Made by a program: the position numbers and the translations under genes
DNA from: Thermodesulfobacteriota bacterium
Lineage (GTDB): Bacteria; Desulfobacterota; Desulfobacteria; Desulfobacterales; SURF-7
DNA: 64,000 nt
NCBI GenBank assembly: GCA_049320885.1
Contig: JBMORA010000001.1
Location: 44,509-108,508, forward strand
Direction of reading: 5' to 3'
Shown here: piece by piece, positions 50,452 to 58,829 of the stretch
Layout: each line of letters begins with the position of its first letter
Position numbering within the stretch: position 1 is the first letter of the stretch
Notes under the pieces: model-generated
Database searches by the model: none
What the model saw: only the letters and a program-made list of their open reading frames with translations
What the model was told of the DNA's origin: nothing

Positions 50452-51579
50452 ATGGATACGCCAGCGGACAAACTTCTGCCGTGGTTCACGCTCAAGCATA
50501 CCAGCGGTATCGGCAACCATCTCTTCAAACGCCTGCTGGACCGTTTCGGAACGCCCGAATCCGTCCTCGCGGCGGACAGCGCCGCCCTGGAAGGGATCGA
50601 GGGAGTGTCTTCCCGACTCGTCCGGGAGATCAAGGCACGCAAACTGGCGCCGGAGGTGAAAAAAGATCTTGAACTTGTTCTTGAAAACAAGATAAAGATC
50701 GTCACCATGTGTGATCCGGGTTATCCGCCCCTGCTGTTGCAGATACCGGATCCGCCGCCTTTCCTGTATGTCCGCGGCTCCCTTGCGGACATCGCGGACT
50801 GCATTGCGGTGGTGGGATCGCGGAACGCGACCCAGTACGGCCTGACCGCGGCGGAAAGGCTTTGCGAGGATCTCGCCGCCCATCGGCTCGACGTCATCAG
50901 CGGCATGGCCGTGGGGATCGACACGGCCGCGCATCTGGGCGCACTGAACGGCGGGGGACGGACAGTCGCCGTTTTGGGCAGCGGTCTGGCCAGAATGTAT
51001 CCGGCCTCCAATCGTCAGTTGGCGGAGAGAATCGCCCGTCAGGGGGCGGTGGTTTCGGAATTTCCCATGCTGACGGAGCCGGAACCTTTCCATTTTCCCC
51101 TGCGCAACCGGATCATCAGCGGCATGGCCCTGGGCACCATCGTCGTGGAGGCGACCAAAAACAGCGGTTCGCTGATTACCGCCCGGCTGGCGGCCGAACA
51201 GGGACGGGAAGTGTTCGCCGTCCCCGGAAGCATCCGGTCATTCAAGAGCACGGGGACCCACAGCCTGCTGAAACAAGGCGCCAGGCTCGTTGAACAGGCC
51301 GCGGATGTGCTGGAAGAGATTGCTCATCGGCTTTCCTCCAGTCCCGCAGCCGGAGCGGCCGCGGTCAACCCGCGGGATGGAGGGCCTAAAGGGCAACCCG
51401 CCGACCCGGACCAAAGGCGCGTGCTGGCGGTGCTGTCGCCGTATCCGCAGCATATCGACGTGGTGGCCCAACGGGCGGAAATGTCTCCCGGTCAAACAGC
51501 CGGGATTCTCCTGCAGCTGGAATTGTCGGGACTGGTGCGCCAGTCCCCTGGAAAACTTTTTTGCATGAATGAGGATTGA
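50452..51579 (+). CDS. dprA: DNA-processing protein DprA
   Basis: AVVGSR, SGMAVGID, FPLRNRIISG, SGSLITA, C-terminal winged helix. Confidence 0.95.
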   Translation: MDTPADKLLPWFTLKHTSGIGNHLFKRLLDRFGTPESVLAADSAALEGIEGVSSRLVREIKARKLAPEVKKDLELVLENKIKIVTMCDPGYPPLLLQIPDPPPFLYVRGSLADIADCIAVVGSRNATQYGLTAAERLCEDLAAHRLDVISGMAVGIDTAAHLGALNGGGRTVAVLGSGLARMYPASNRQLAERIARQGAVVSEFPMLTEPEPFHFPLRNRIISGMALGTIVVEATKNSGSLITARLAAEQGREVFAVPGSIRSFKSTGTHSLLKQGARLVEQAADVLEEIAHRLSSSPAAGAAAVNPRDGGPKGQPADPDQRRVLAVLSPYPQHIDVVAQRAEMSPGQTAGILLQLELSGLVRQSPGKLFCMNED

Positions 51580-51581
51580 TT

Positions 51582-53855
51582 GTGGCAAAACCGCTTATCG
51601 TGGTCGAATCACCGACCAAAGTCAGAACCATCAAAAAATATATCGGCTCGCAATATAATGTAACCGCCACCGCCGGCCACGTAAAGGACCTGCCTCCCAA
51701 GGAAATCGGCATCGATATCGAAAACGGTTTCAAACCCAAATACATCACCATCAAGGGCAAGCAGAACATCATCAAATCCCTGAAAAGCGCGGCCGCCAAT
51801 GCCGCGGACATCTACCTGGCCCCCGACCCGGACCGGGAAGGCGAGGCCATCGCTTTTCATACGGCTGATATCCTGAAACAACAGGGACGCAATTTCCACC
51901 GGGTGCTGTTCCACGAGCTGACCAAAAACGGGATTACGGAGGCCCTGAGCCATCCCCAGAGCCTGAATCAGAACAAATATGACGCCCAGCAGGCCCGCCG
52001 GATTCTGGACCGGCTGGTGGGCTATCAGATTTCCCCGCTGCTGTGGCGGAAAGTCCAGGGAGGTCTCAGCGCCGGAAGGGTCCAGTCCGTGGCCGTCCGG
52101 ATCATCTGCGACCGTGAACGGGAAATCCAGGCCTTCGAGCCCGAGGAATACTGGTCCATCACCGCTCAACTGGAAGGAGAAAAACCCCCCGCGTTTGAAG
52201 CCAAGCTCGTCAAGAAGGACGACCGGAAAATCACCATCCCCGACCGGCAAAACGCGGAACAAATCCTGTCGGCCCTGTCCTCCGAGCGTTTCAGCGTCGA
52301 TACCGTTGTTCAGAAAACGATTAAACGCAACCCCCTGCCGCCCTTCATCACCAGCAAGCTGCAACAGGAGGCCATCCAGAAACTGCGCTTCACCGCCAAA
52401 AAAACCATGATGGTCGCCCAGCAGTTGTATGAGGGCATCGACCTGGGGCCGGGCGAACCCACCGGTCTGATTACCTATATGCGAACCGATTCCACCCGGA
52501 TAGCCGCCGAAGCCGCCCGGGAAGCCATCCAGCTGGTCCGGGACACCTACGGCAAGGACTACGCTGTTGAAGAACCGCGTTTCTTTGCCAATAAAAACAA
52601 GGTTCAGGATGCCCATGAGGCCATCCGCCCCACTTCGGTGTACCATACGCCGGAAAACATGTCGCCCTATCTCAACGAGGATCAGTTGAACCTCTACACC
52701 CTGATCTGGAAACGCTTCGTGGCCTCCCAGATGGCCCAGGCCCTCATCGACCAGAAAACCGTTTCCATCAAGGCCGGCGTCTATACCTTCAGCGTGAGCG
52801 GATCGACCATCCGTTTTCCGGGATACATGCGCTGTTACTCACCGGTGGATGCCGAAGGCGAAACCGACAAGAAAAAGCAGGAACTCCCGGATTTACCGGA
52901 AGGCGCCCCGCTGAACCTCCTGAAGCTGGACCCCAAGCAGCACTTTACCCAGCCGCCGCCGAGGTTTTCCGAGGCATCCCTGGTGAAGGAACTGGAGGAA
53001 AACGGCATCGGCCGTCCCAGCACCTATGCCACCATCCTGTCCACCATACAGGAAAAAGGCTACGTGGAGCTGGTCAACCGCTACTTCAAGCCCAATGAAC
53101 TGGGCTTCATCGTCACGGATCTGCTGGTTCAAAACTTCCCGGAACTGTTCGATGTGGAATTCACCGCCAGGCTGGAGAACGATCTGGACCGGGTGGAGAC
53201 CTCGGAAACCGCTTTTTTGAACGTGCTCAACCAATTTTACCGCCCCTTTTCGGAAAAACTGGAACTTGCCAAGGATAGCATGCTCAGCATCAAGGGCGTG
53301 GGAGTTGAAACACCGCATGCCTGCCCGATCTGCGGCACGAAATTGCACATCAAGGTCGGCAAGAACGGACCGTTCCTGGCCTGTAACGGGTATCCGGAAT
53401 GCACCTATTCCCGGAACTTCACCAGGGATGAAAAAGGGAATATCGTTACCGTCGAGCCTTCGGCCGAGCTGGCGGACGGACGGACCTGCGAAAAATGCGG
53501 CAAACCCATGGTGGTCCGGCAGGGAAAATACGGGGAGTTTCTCGCCTGTTCCGGATACCCGGCATGCAAAAACACCCAGTCCCTGCAAACCGGCGGGACC
53601 GGTAAAACCACCGGCGTGCATTGTCCGGAAAAAGGCTGCAGCGGCGAGCTGGTGGAACGGAAATCCAAACGCGGCACCGTATTTTACGGCTGCAACCGAT
53701 ATCCGGAATGTACCTTCGCCACCTGGGACAAGCCCGTGAATGAGACCTGCCCGGTTTGCGGCGCCTCCTTTCTGGTGGAAAAGACGACCAAAAAGGAAGG
53801 AACCGTCATCAAATGCCTGGCCGAGGACTGTGATTATAAAAAATCGTTGGGTTGA
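51582..53855 (+). CDS. topA: DNA topoisomerase I
   Basis: VESPTK, DPDREGE, SAGRVQS, ITYMRTDS, GIGRPSTY, C-terminal Zn ribbons. Confidence 0.97.
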   Translation: MAKPLIVVESPTKVRTIKKYIGSQYNVTATAGHVKDLPPKEIGIDIENGFKPKYITIKGKQNIIKSLKSAAANAADIYLAPDPDREGEAIAFHTADILKQQGRNFHRVLFHELTKNGITEALSHPQSLNQNKYDAQQARRILDRLVGYQISPLLWRKVQGGLSAGRVQSVAVRIICDREREIQAFEPEEYWSITAQLEGEKPPAFEAKLVKKDDRKITIPDRQNAEQILSALSSERFSVDTVVQKTIKRNPLPPFITSKLQQEAIQKLRFTAKKTMMVAQQLYEGIDLGPGEPTGLITYMRTDSTRIAAEAAREAIQLVRDTYGKDYAVEEPRFFANKNKVQDAHEAIRPTSVYHTPENMSPYLNEDQLNLYTLIWKRFVASQMAQALIDQKTVSIKAGVYTFSVSGSTIRFPGYMRCYSPVDAEGETDKKKQELPDLPEGAPLNLLKLDPKQHFTQPPPRFSEASLVKELEENGIGRPSTYATILSTIQEKGYVELVNRYFKPNELGFIVTDLLVQNFPELFDVEFTARLENDLDRVETSETAFLNVLNQFYRPFSEKLELAKDSMLSIKGVGVETPHACPICGTKLHIKVGKNGPFLACNGYPECTYSRNFTRDEKGNIVTVEPSAELADGRTCEKCGKPMVVRQGKYGEFLACSGYPACKNTQSLQTGGTGKTTGVHCPEKGCSGELVERKSKRGTVFYGCNRYPECTFATWDKPVNETCPVCGASFLVEKTTKKEGTVIKCLAEDCDYKKSLG

Positions 53856-53857
53856 TG

Positions 53858-53945
53858 GGAAAAATGGGCGGCTCGGGGCAGAGCCGCCCGGGTCAAAAAG
53901 GAGGTAAGTGAACTGAACGTCACAGCGCTGTTTCGCTCGCTTACG
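53858..53945 (-). ncRNA. Candidate ~90-nt sRNA with exposed anti-Shine-Dalgarno motif
   Basis: Minus-strand TTGACC-16-TATATT (53978-53951), 5' hairpin, ACCUCCUUUUU linker, terminator GGGCGGCUC/GAGCCGCCC plus U-tract. Confidence 0.5.
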
Positions 53946-54010
53946 ACCCCAATATAAGACGTGGTTTTCGAGGGTCAAGCACCGTAGGGTCAGAAAAGCG
54001 GGTGGGCCGC

Positions 54011-54102
54011 TTGATAGTTGATGGTGAATGGTTGATGGTTGAAAAAATAATAATTGATCTCAATCCTCCATTCGTAATTCGTAATTCCTAATTCGTAATT
54101 CT
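54011..54102. repeat. Two short heptamer tandem arrays (TTGATGG-like x4-5; TTCGTAA-like x4)
   Basis: ttgatag ttgatgg tgaatgg ttgatgg ttga (54011-54042) and ttcgtaa ttcgtaa ttcctaa ttcgtaa ttc (54071-54101). Confidence 0.85.
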
Positions 54103-54104
54103 TA

Positions 54105-54707
54105 TCAACCTTTTCTTCCAATAAGGAACATCCCGTAAGTGGCCCGCAGATTGGGCAGGAACGCGATCACATGCCCATGCCGGTCATGGTGATCGGTATT
54201 GATGGCCACCTCCCGCAGGATGCGACAGGGCAGTTCCCGGGCGAAGCGCCTGAAATCCTTGATGGTGATCACCCGGATATTGGGAGTATCGTACCACTCA
54301 TAGGGCAGCTGCCGGGATATGGGAGCTATTCCCCGCCCCAGGAGTTGCAGGCGGATGCGCCAATGGCTGAAATTGGGGAAACTGACGATGCCGAATTTCC
54401 CGATGCGCAACAGCGACCGGATCAGTTTGTCCGGGGCATACACCTGCTGCAGGGTCTGGCTTAAAATGACATAATCAAAGGCGTCGTCCGGGTAGTCCTC
54501 AATTTCCCGGTTGATATCCCCCTGCAACACCGTCAGCCCCTTTTCGATGCACCGGGCGACCTTGGCCTCCACTTTTTCTATGCCGGTTCCCCGCGCCTGT
54601 TTCCGGTTTTTCAGATACAACAGCAGTTCGCCTTCGCCGCAGCCCAAATCCAGCACCGTGGCGCCCGGCCGGATCCAGGAGCTGATGATCCGAAGGTCGA
54701 AACGCAC
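54105..54707 (-). CDS. metW: Methionine biosynthesis protein MetW
   Basis: VLDLGCGEG, VILSQTLQ, SFPNFSHW, WYDTPNI. Likely GTG start at 54707. Confidence 0.92.
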   Translation of the reverse strand: MRFDLRIISSWIRPGATVLDLGCGEGELLLYLKNRKQARGTGIEKVEAKVARCIEKGLTVLQGDINREIEDYPDDAFDYVILSQTLQQVYAPDKLIRSLLRIGKFGIVSFPNFSHWRIRLQLLGRGIAPISRQLPYEWYDTPNIRVITIKDFRRFARELPCRILREVAINTDHHDRHGHVIAFLPNLRATYGMFLIGRKG

Positions 54708-54714
54708 GGGCTCC

Positions 54715-55890
54715 TTATATGGCGGAAGATTCGTTTTCAACACGTTCCAGAAACCCCCTGATCAAGGCGCTGAGTCTTTCGTTGGGCAGCAGGAAGGCGT
54801 CATGACCGCAATCCGCCTCGATTTCACAGAAACTGACATCCAGGCCGTTCTTCTTCATGGCCTGGATCATGGCCTTGGATTGATAGGTGGGATACAGCCA
54901 GTCCGACGTAAACGAGACCACCAGAAACTTGGCCCGGGCCCGGGAAAAGGCCTTGACCGCCGAGCCTTCCCCGTGTTGCCGCTCGATATCGAAATAATCG
55001 GCGGCCTTGGTGATATAGAGGAAGGAATTGGCGTCGAAGCGTTCCACGAATTTCGTCCCCTGATATCGCAGGTAGCTCTCGACCTGGAAATCACCGCTGA
55101 AATCGAAGGAAAAATCCGTCTTGTCCTGCAACCTGCGGCCGAACTTCTGGCGCATGGCCTCATCCGACAGATAAGTGATATGGCCGATCATCCGGGCCAC
55201 GGCGAGCCCCACGCCGGGTATCAGCCCGCCGTAGTAATCGCCCCTGTTCCAATTCGGATCCGCCATGATGGATTGGCGGGCGACCTCGTTGAAGGCGATG
55301 GCCAGGGCCGAATGCCGCATGGTGGTGGCCAGCGGGATGGCGGATCGCACCATGTGCGGATACCGCAGACTCCATTCCAGCACCTGCATCCCCCCCATGG
55401 AACCGCCCACCACCGCAAGAAGACTGGTGACGCCCAGATGATCCATCAGGGCCTTCTGGGCCGTGACCATGTCGCCGATGGTGACCACCGGAAATTCGAA
55501 ACCGTAGGGCCGCCCGGTTTCCGGATGGGGGCTGCAAGGGCCGGTGGAACCCCGGCAGCTGCCGATGATATTGCTGCACACCACGAAATAGCGGTCCGTG
55601 TCGATGCCTTTTCCGGGCCCCACCATGATATCCCACCATCCCGGCTTGGCGTCGCCTTCCCGGTGATAGCCGGCCACATGGGCATCGCCGGTGAGGGCAT
55701 GCAGGACCAGCACCACATTGCTTTTGTCCGCGTTCATTTGGCCGCAGGTTTCATAAGCCAGGGTGACCGGCCCCAACCGGCGGCCGCTTTCCAGCCGCAG
55801 GTCGTCCGGGGGCGCCGCGAAGGTGAAGGATCGCTGGGGGACGATCCCCACCGAAACCCCCGCTACGTCATGCTGGATATATTCGCTCAT
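54715..55890 (-). CDS. metX: Homoserine O-acetyltransferase
   Basis: HALTGD, GWWDIMVGPGK, GGSMGGMQ, RFDANS, GHDAFL. Confidence 0.95.
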   Translation of the reverse strand: MSEYIQHDVAGVSVGIVPQRSFTFAAPPDDLRLESGRRLGPVTLAYETCGQMNADKSNVVLVLHALTGDAHVAGYHREGDAKPGWWDIMVGPGKGIDTDRYFVVCSNIIGSCRGSTGPCSPHPETGRPYGFEFPVVTIGDMVTAQKALMDHLGVTSLLAVVGGSMGGMQVLEWSLRYPHMVRSAIPLATTMRHSALAIAFNEVARQSIMADPNWNRGDYYGGLIPGVGLAVARMIGHITYLSDEAMRQKFGRRLQDKTDFSFDFSGDFQVESYLRYQGTKFVERFDANSFLYITKAADYFDIERQHGEGSAVKAFSRARAKFLVVSFTSDWLYPTYQSKAMIQAMKKNGLDVSFCEIEADCGHDAFLLPNERLSALIRGFLERVENESSAI

Positions 55891-55902
55891 TTATGCCCAC
55901 CG

Positions 55903-55963
55903 AAAAAAAAGCTGCTCCGTCAACGGCGCGGCGTTGATACCGCCGACCATGACCGGAGCAGCT
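55903..55963 (-). terminator. Long hairpin plus U8, between the porin gene and metX
   Basis: AGCTGCTCCG...CGGAGCAGCT stem with an internal stem, followed by a T-tract on the minus strand. Confidence 0.75.
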
Positions 55964-55996
55964 CGATGAGTAAAAATTTCCTGTCCTTCCGATACG

Positions 55997-57685
55997 CTAG
56001 AAGCTGTAAGTGATTTTGGCTGCGCCCAGCAGCCAGTTGCTGTCATAGCGTTCCGAGCCGTCCAGGGGGTAGGCATCCGTCGGCGCAGGATTGTCCGCGC
56101 CCAGCAGGGATGCTGCGCCGCGCATCACATGACCTTCGAGCTTGAGCACCCAGTTCTCGTTGATGTCGAACCGCAGGGTCATGCAGGTGTCCTTTAAATA
56201 GCCGCGGTGAAGCTCGCTGTCCAGCTTCTTGACGTCCCGGCGTTTGTAACCTTCCTTGTCATCCACATCCGGATAGTATTCCGAGTAATAGGCGCCCAGC
56301 TCGAACCAGTAGGTGAAGCGGTAGGTGGCGCTGCCGTACCAGCCGGCCGCCGTGAAGGTGTTGATGGTCATGGTATCGCCGGAAAAAGTCGCCGAACGGG
56401 GATCCGCCAGGCCGGCCAGCATGCCGGCGACGGCCGGATTGGCGAACAGATCGCTTTTGAAATTGAGTTTATAGCGGGTTTCCATGTATTCACCGGCCAG
56501 GACCAGGTTGCGGAAGGTATATTCCGCCGAATAGGTCAAGGATTTGGATTCCGCCCCGAAGGTGACCGGATAACTGGGAAGTCCGACTCCCAGCTGGTTC
56601 ATGGAATCCGAACTTTTGGCGCTGTTGAAATCGGCCATCATGCTGTCGAGGTTTTGCTGGGTGGGCAGTTGCCCCTGTTGCAGGCCGGCGCCGATGGCTC
56701 CCAGTTTGGTGGACCCGTTCATGGTGGAAATGGTCTGCATGGCCTGGGTATCCAGCTTCGCCTGGGTAACGGCTTCGAAATAATACCCCCAGGCGGTAAC
56801 GCCGACAACCATGCCTTCCAAAGGCGTATTCCACATCCCCTGACCGGTATAGGCGTAATCGACATCGATATCCTCCACGTCCACGGTCATAATATCGATT
56901 ATCGGATCCCGGGCGGCGCCGCTCAGCTTGTTGACCTGATCCCGGGCGACAGCTGTATCATAATCGCTCAGCAGGTTATTGGCGTCCAAAGCGGTCAGCG
57001 TGTTATTCAAGGCGGTATTCAATCCGGTGATGGTCGTGCCTGCTGCGGCTGCACTTCTTTCCAACAAAGGCGTAATGTCCCGCGATTTCAAGGGCCACTG
57101 GTCTTCCGCCAGTTTGGCGGCGCCGCCGTCCTTGGGCATGCTGACGGTGCCGTACTGGCCGCTGTAGCTGAAGCTGCCCGCCGCCTTGAGAGGCAGTTCG
57201 CCGTAGAGACCGGCTCCCTGGATCAGCGCGGTGGATTCCCGCCAGGACTCATTATAAACCGACTGGGGCAGGAAGATGCTGGTGCGCAGCATGTCCACGT
57301 CGCGGGTCTCATTGTAGAGCCCGTTGACGAATTTCAGGTTGCCGATCCGCAGCCCCAACCAGTCCCGCCAGCGATAGTCCGCCACGGCCCAGTCCAGGAT
57401 GACGTCGTTGTTGCCGATATTCCCCAAATCCCGGGCGAACAGCTGCAGACCGATGCGGAGTTTCTCGGTTACGTCCGTGGAAAAGTTGATGGCGGCCTCA
57501 TTGAATTGAGTCGTGCCTTTTTCCGTATCGGCGAAGAAGTTGTTTTCATCGCTTTTCAGATAGCCCTGGGAGATGAAGCCGTGAATATCCACGCCCCCCA
57601 TTTCGTCGAATTCCATCGCCTGGGTACTGCCCGCACAGAGAATACCCAGCAGAACTGAAAACAGGACAACCAGTGTTCTTTTCAT
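55997..57685 (-). CDS. Outer-membrane beta-barrel (porin-like) protein with large loop insertions
   Basis: Signal peptide from ATG 57685 (GGGAGG SD), IHGFISQGY, LDWAVADY, alternating beta strands, C-terminal Phe. Confidence 0.8.
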   Translation of the reverse strand: MKRTLVVLFSVLLGILCAGSTQAMEFDEMGGVDIHGFISQGYLKSDENNFFADTEKGTTQFNEAAINFSTDVTEKLRIGLQLFARDLGNIGNNDVILDWAVADYRWRDWLGLRIGNLKFVNGLYNETRDVDMLRTSIFLPQSVYNESWRESTALIQGAGLYGELPLKAAGSFSYSGQYGTVSMPKDGGAAKLAEDQWPLKSRDITPLLERSAAAAGTTITGLNTALNNTLTALDANNLLSDYDTAVARDQVNKLSGAARDPIIDIMTVDVEDIDVDYAYTGQGMWNTPLEGMVVGVTAWGYYFEAVTQAKLDTQAMQTISTMNGSTKLGAIGAGLQQGQLPTQQNLDSMMADFNSAKSSDSMNQLGVGLPSYPVTFGAESKSLTYSAEYTFRNLVLAGEYMETRYKLNFKSDLFANPAVAGMLAGLADPRSATFSGDTMTINTFTAAGWYGSATYRFTYWFELGAYYSEYYPDVDDKEGYKRRDVKKLDSELHRGYLKDTCMTLRFDINENWVLKLEGHVMRGAASLLGADNPAPTDAYPLDGSERYDSNWLLGAAKITYSF

Positions 57686-57812
57686 TATCGCCTCCCTATT
57701 GTTATCCTTCAAATAGACTGGAAGGAAATCGCCCGATGTCGTATTGCGCCGTTTTGTTCTCGCTCCTTGTATCCGCTTCATTGTTGTGCATATCATGATA
57801 GGCGCCCTCTTA

Positions 57813-58256
57813 TCAATTGCCATTAATCTTCATCACTTTAACATTTCCGGTTTTGCCGACGGAATCCGTGGAAATGTACCCTATGGCGCCGTCCGTGCCG
57901 GCCACATATTCGATCAGGCCCTCTTCATTTTTGAAGGTCCGCGGCTTCCGTCCTTTTCCGGTAAAAATCTGCTTTTTCCAGAATCGGCTGTACTGAGCAG
58001 GCGTCCGTTTGACATAGTTCTGCAAGAACTCCTTGTGGGTTTCTCCCTCGTCCTGGATCACAAAGGTTATCTGCTCGTTCTGCCAGGTTGTTTTATTCCC
58101 GATGAAAATATCCTTGATGTCTTCCCTTGATATTGAATCTCCGGGTAAATTGCTGTTTGCAATGATGAGAACCTCGCCGACAGATGCACTGGGGTATGTA
58201 AAGTATATCCCAATGATAACCGCCATGATTAACCCGATTGTTAACCTTCGATTCAT
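57813..58256 (-). CDS. Small periplasmic PstS-like substrate-binding-fold protein
   Basis: Signal/TM helix, IIANS...ISREDIKDIFIG...W, FTGKG, VAGTDGAIGYI. Confidence 0.8.
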   Translation of the reverse strand: MNRRLTIGLIMAVIIGIYFTYPSASVGEVLIIANSNLPGDSISREDIKDIFIGNKTTWQNEQITFVIQDEGETHKEFLQNYVKRTPAQYSRFWKKQIFTGKGRKPRTFKNEEGLIEYVAGTDGAIGYISTDSVGKTGNVKVMKINGN

Positions 58257-58829
58257 ACCTCTTCTCCTTATTCATTATGAGTTAAAGACATTCACCTCCC
58301 GGATCGATTGTGCCGAAAATATTCTTCACCGGCATCCGCGGCGAAGGGGCCGGAAGAACCGGGCCTCCATTGGAACGAGCCGCATCCATGTCGTCGATGT
58401 TGGTTTCCTAAATATTCCGCAGGGCAGGCTGAAACCGCGCAAATGCGCGTCCCTTAAGCTGATAGTACTGAAAGCTCCCTACCACAACATGAAGTGGATG
58501 TAAATACAAAAAACACATAATCCAGTATAGTTGACAAAACACCTTTCATCCACTCCCTTCCAGCGGCCGGTTACCTGGAATACCGGTATGTTATCCAGGC
58601 GGAATCGGCAAATCCGCGCCATTACCGCCTTTCGGTCATCGCCCCTTCCATTTTACTTGCCATACGATGGAGAGTGTGGTATTGAGGCGGAGGATTAGTG
58701 TTATAAATTAGATATTTATATTTTTGGCCTTTCCGCCTCCGAAAAACCGGCGTCTTTTTTCCGGGTTCAGGATTCAAGCGCCATGCGCCGTCCGGCATAG
58801 AACGGCACCAAATGTAAGAGGTAAACCGA

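Noticed and set aside
54011-54102. Possible CRISPR array
   Set aside because: 7-bp tandem units with no spacers and no cas genes. No CRISPR array seen anywhere in the window.
55891-55996. Possible SAM riboswitch upstream of metX
   Set aside because: No SAM-I core (AUCxAGAG, GAGGGA-GGCCC, GCAACC); kept only as a terminator/attenuator candidate.
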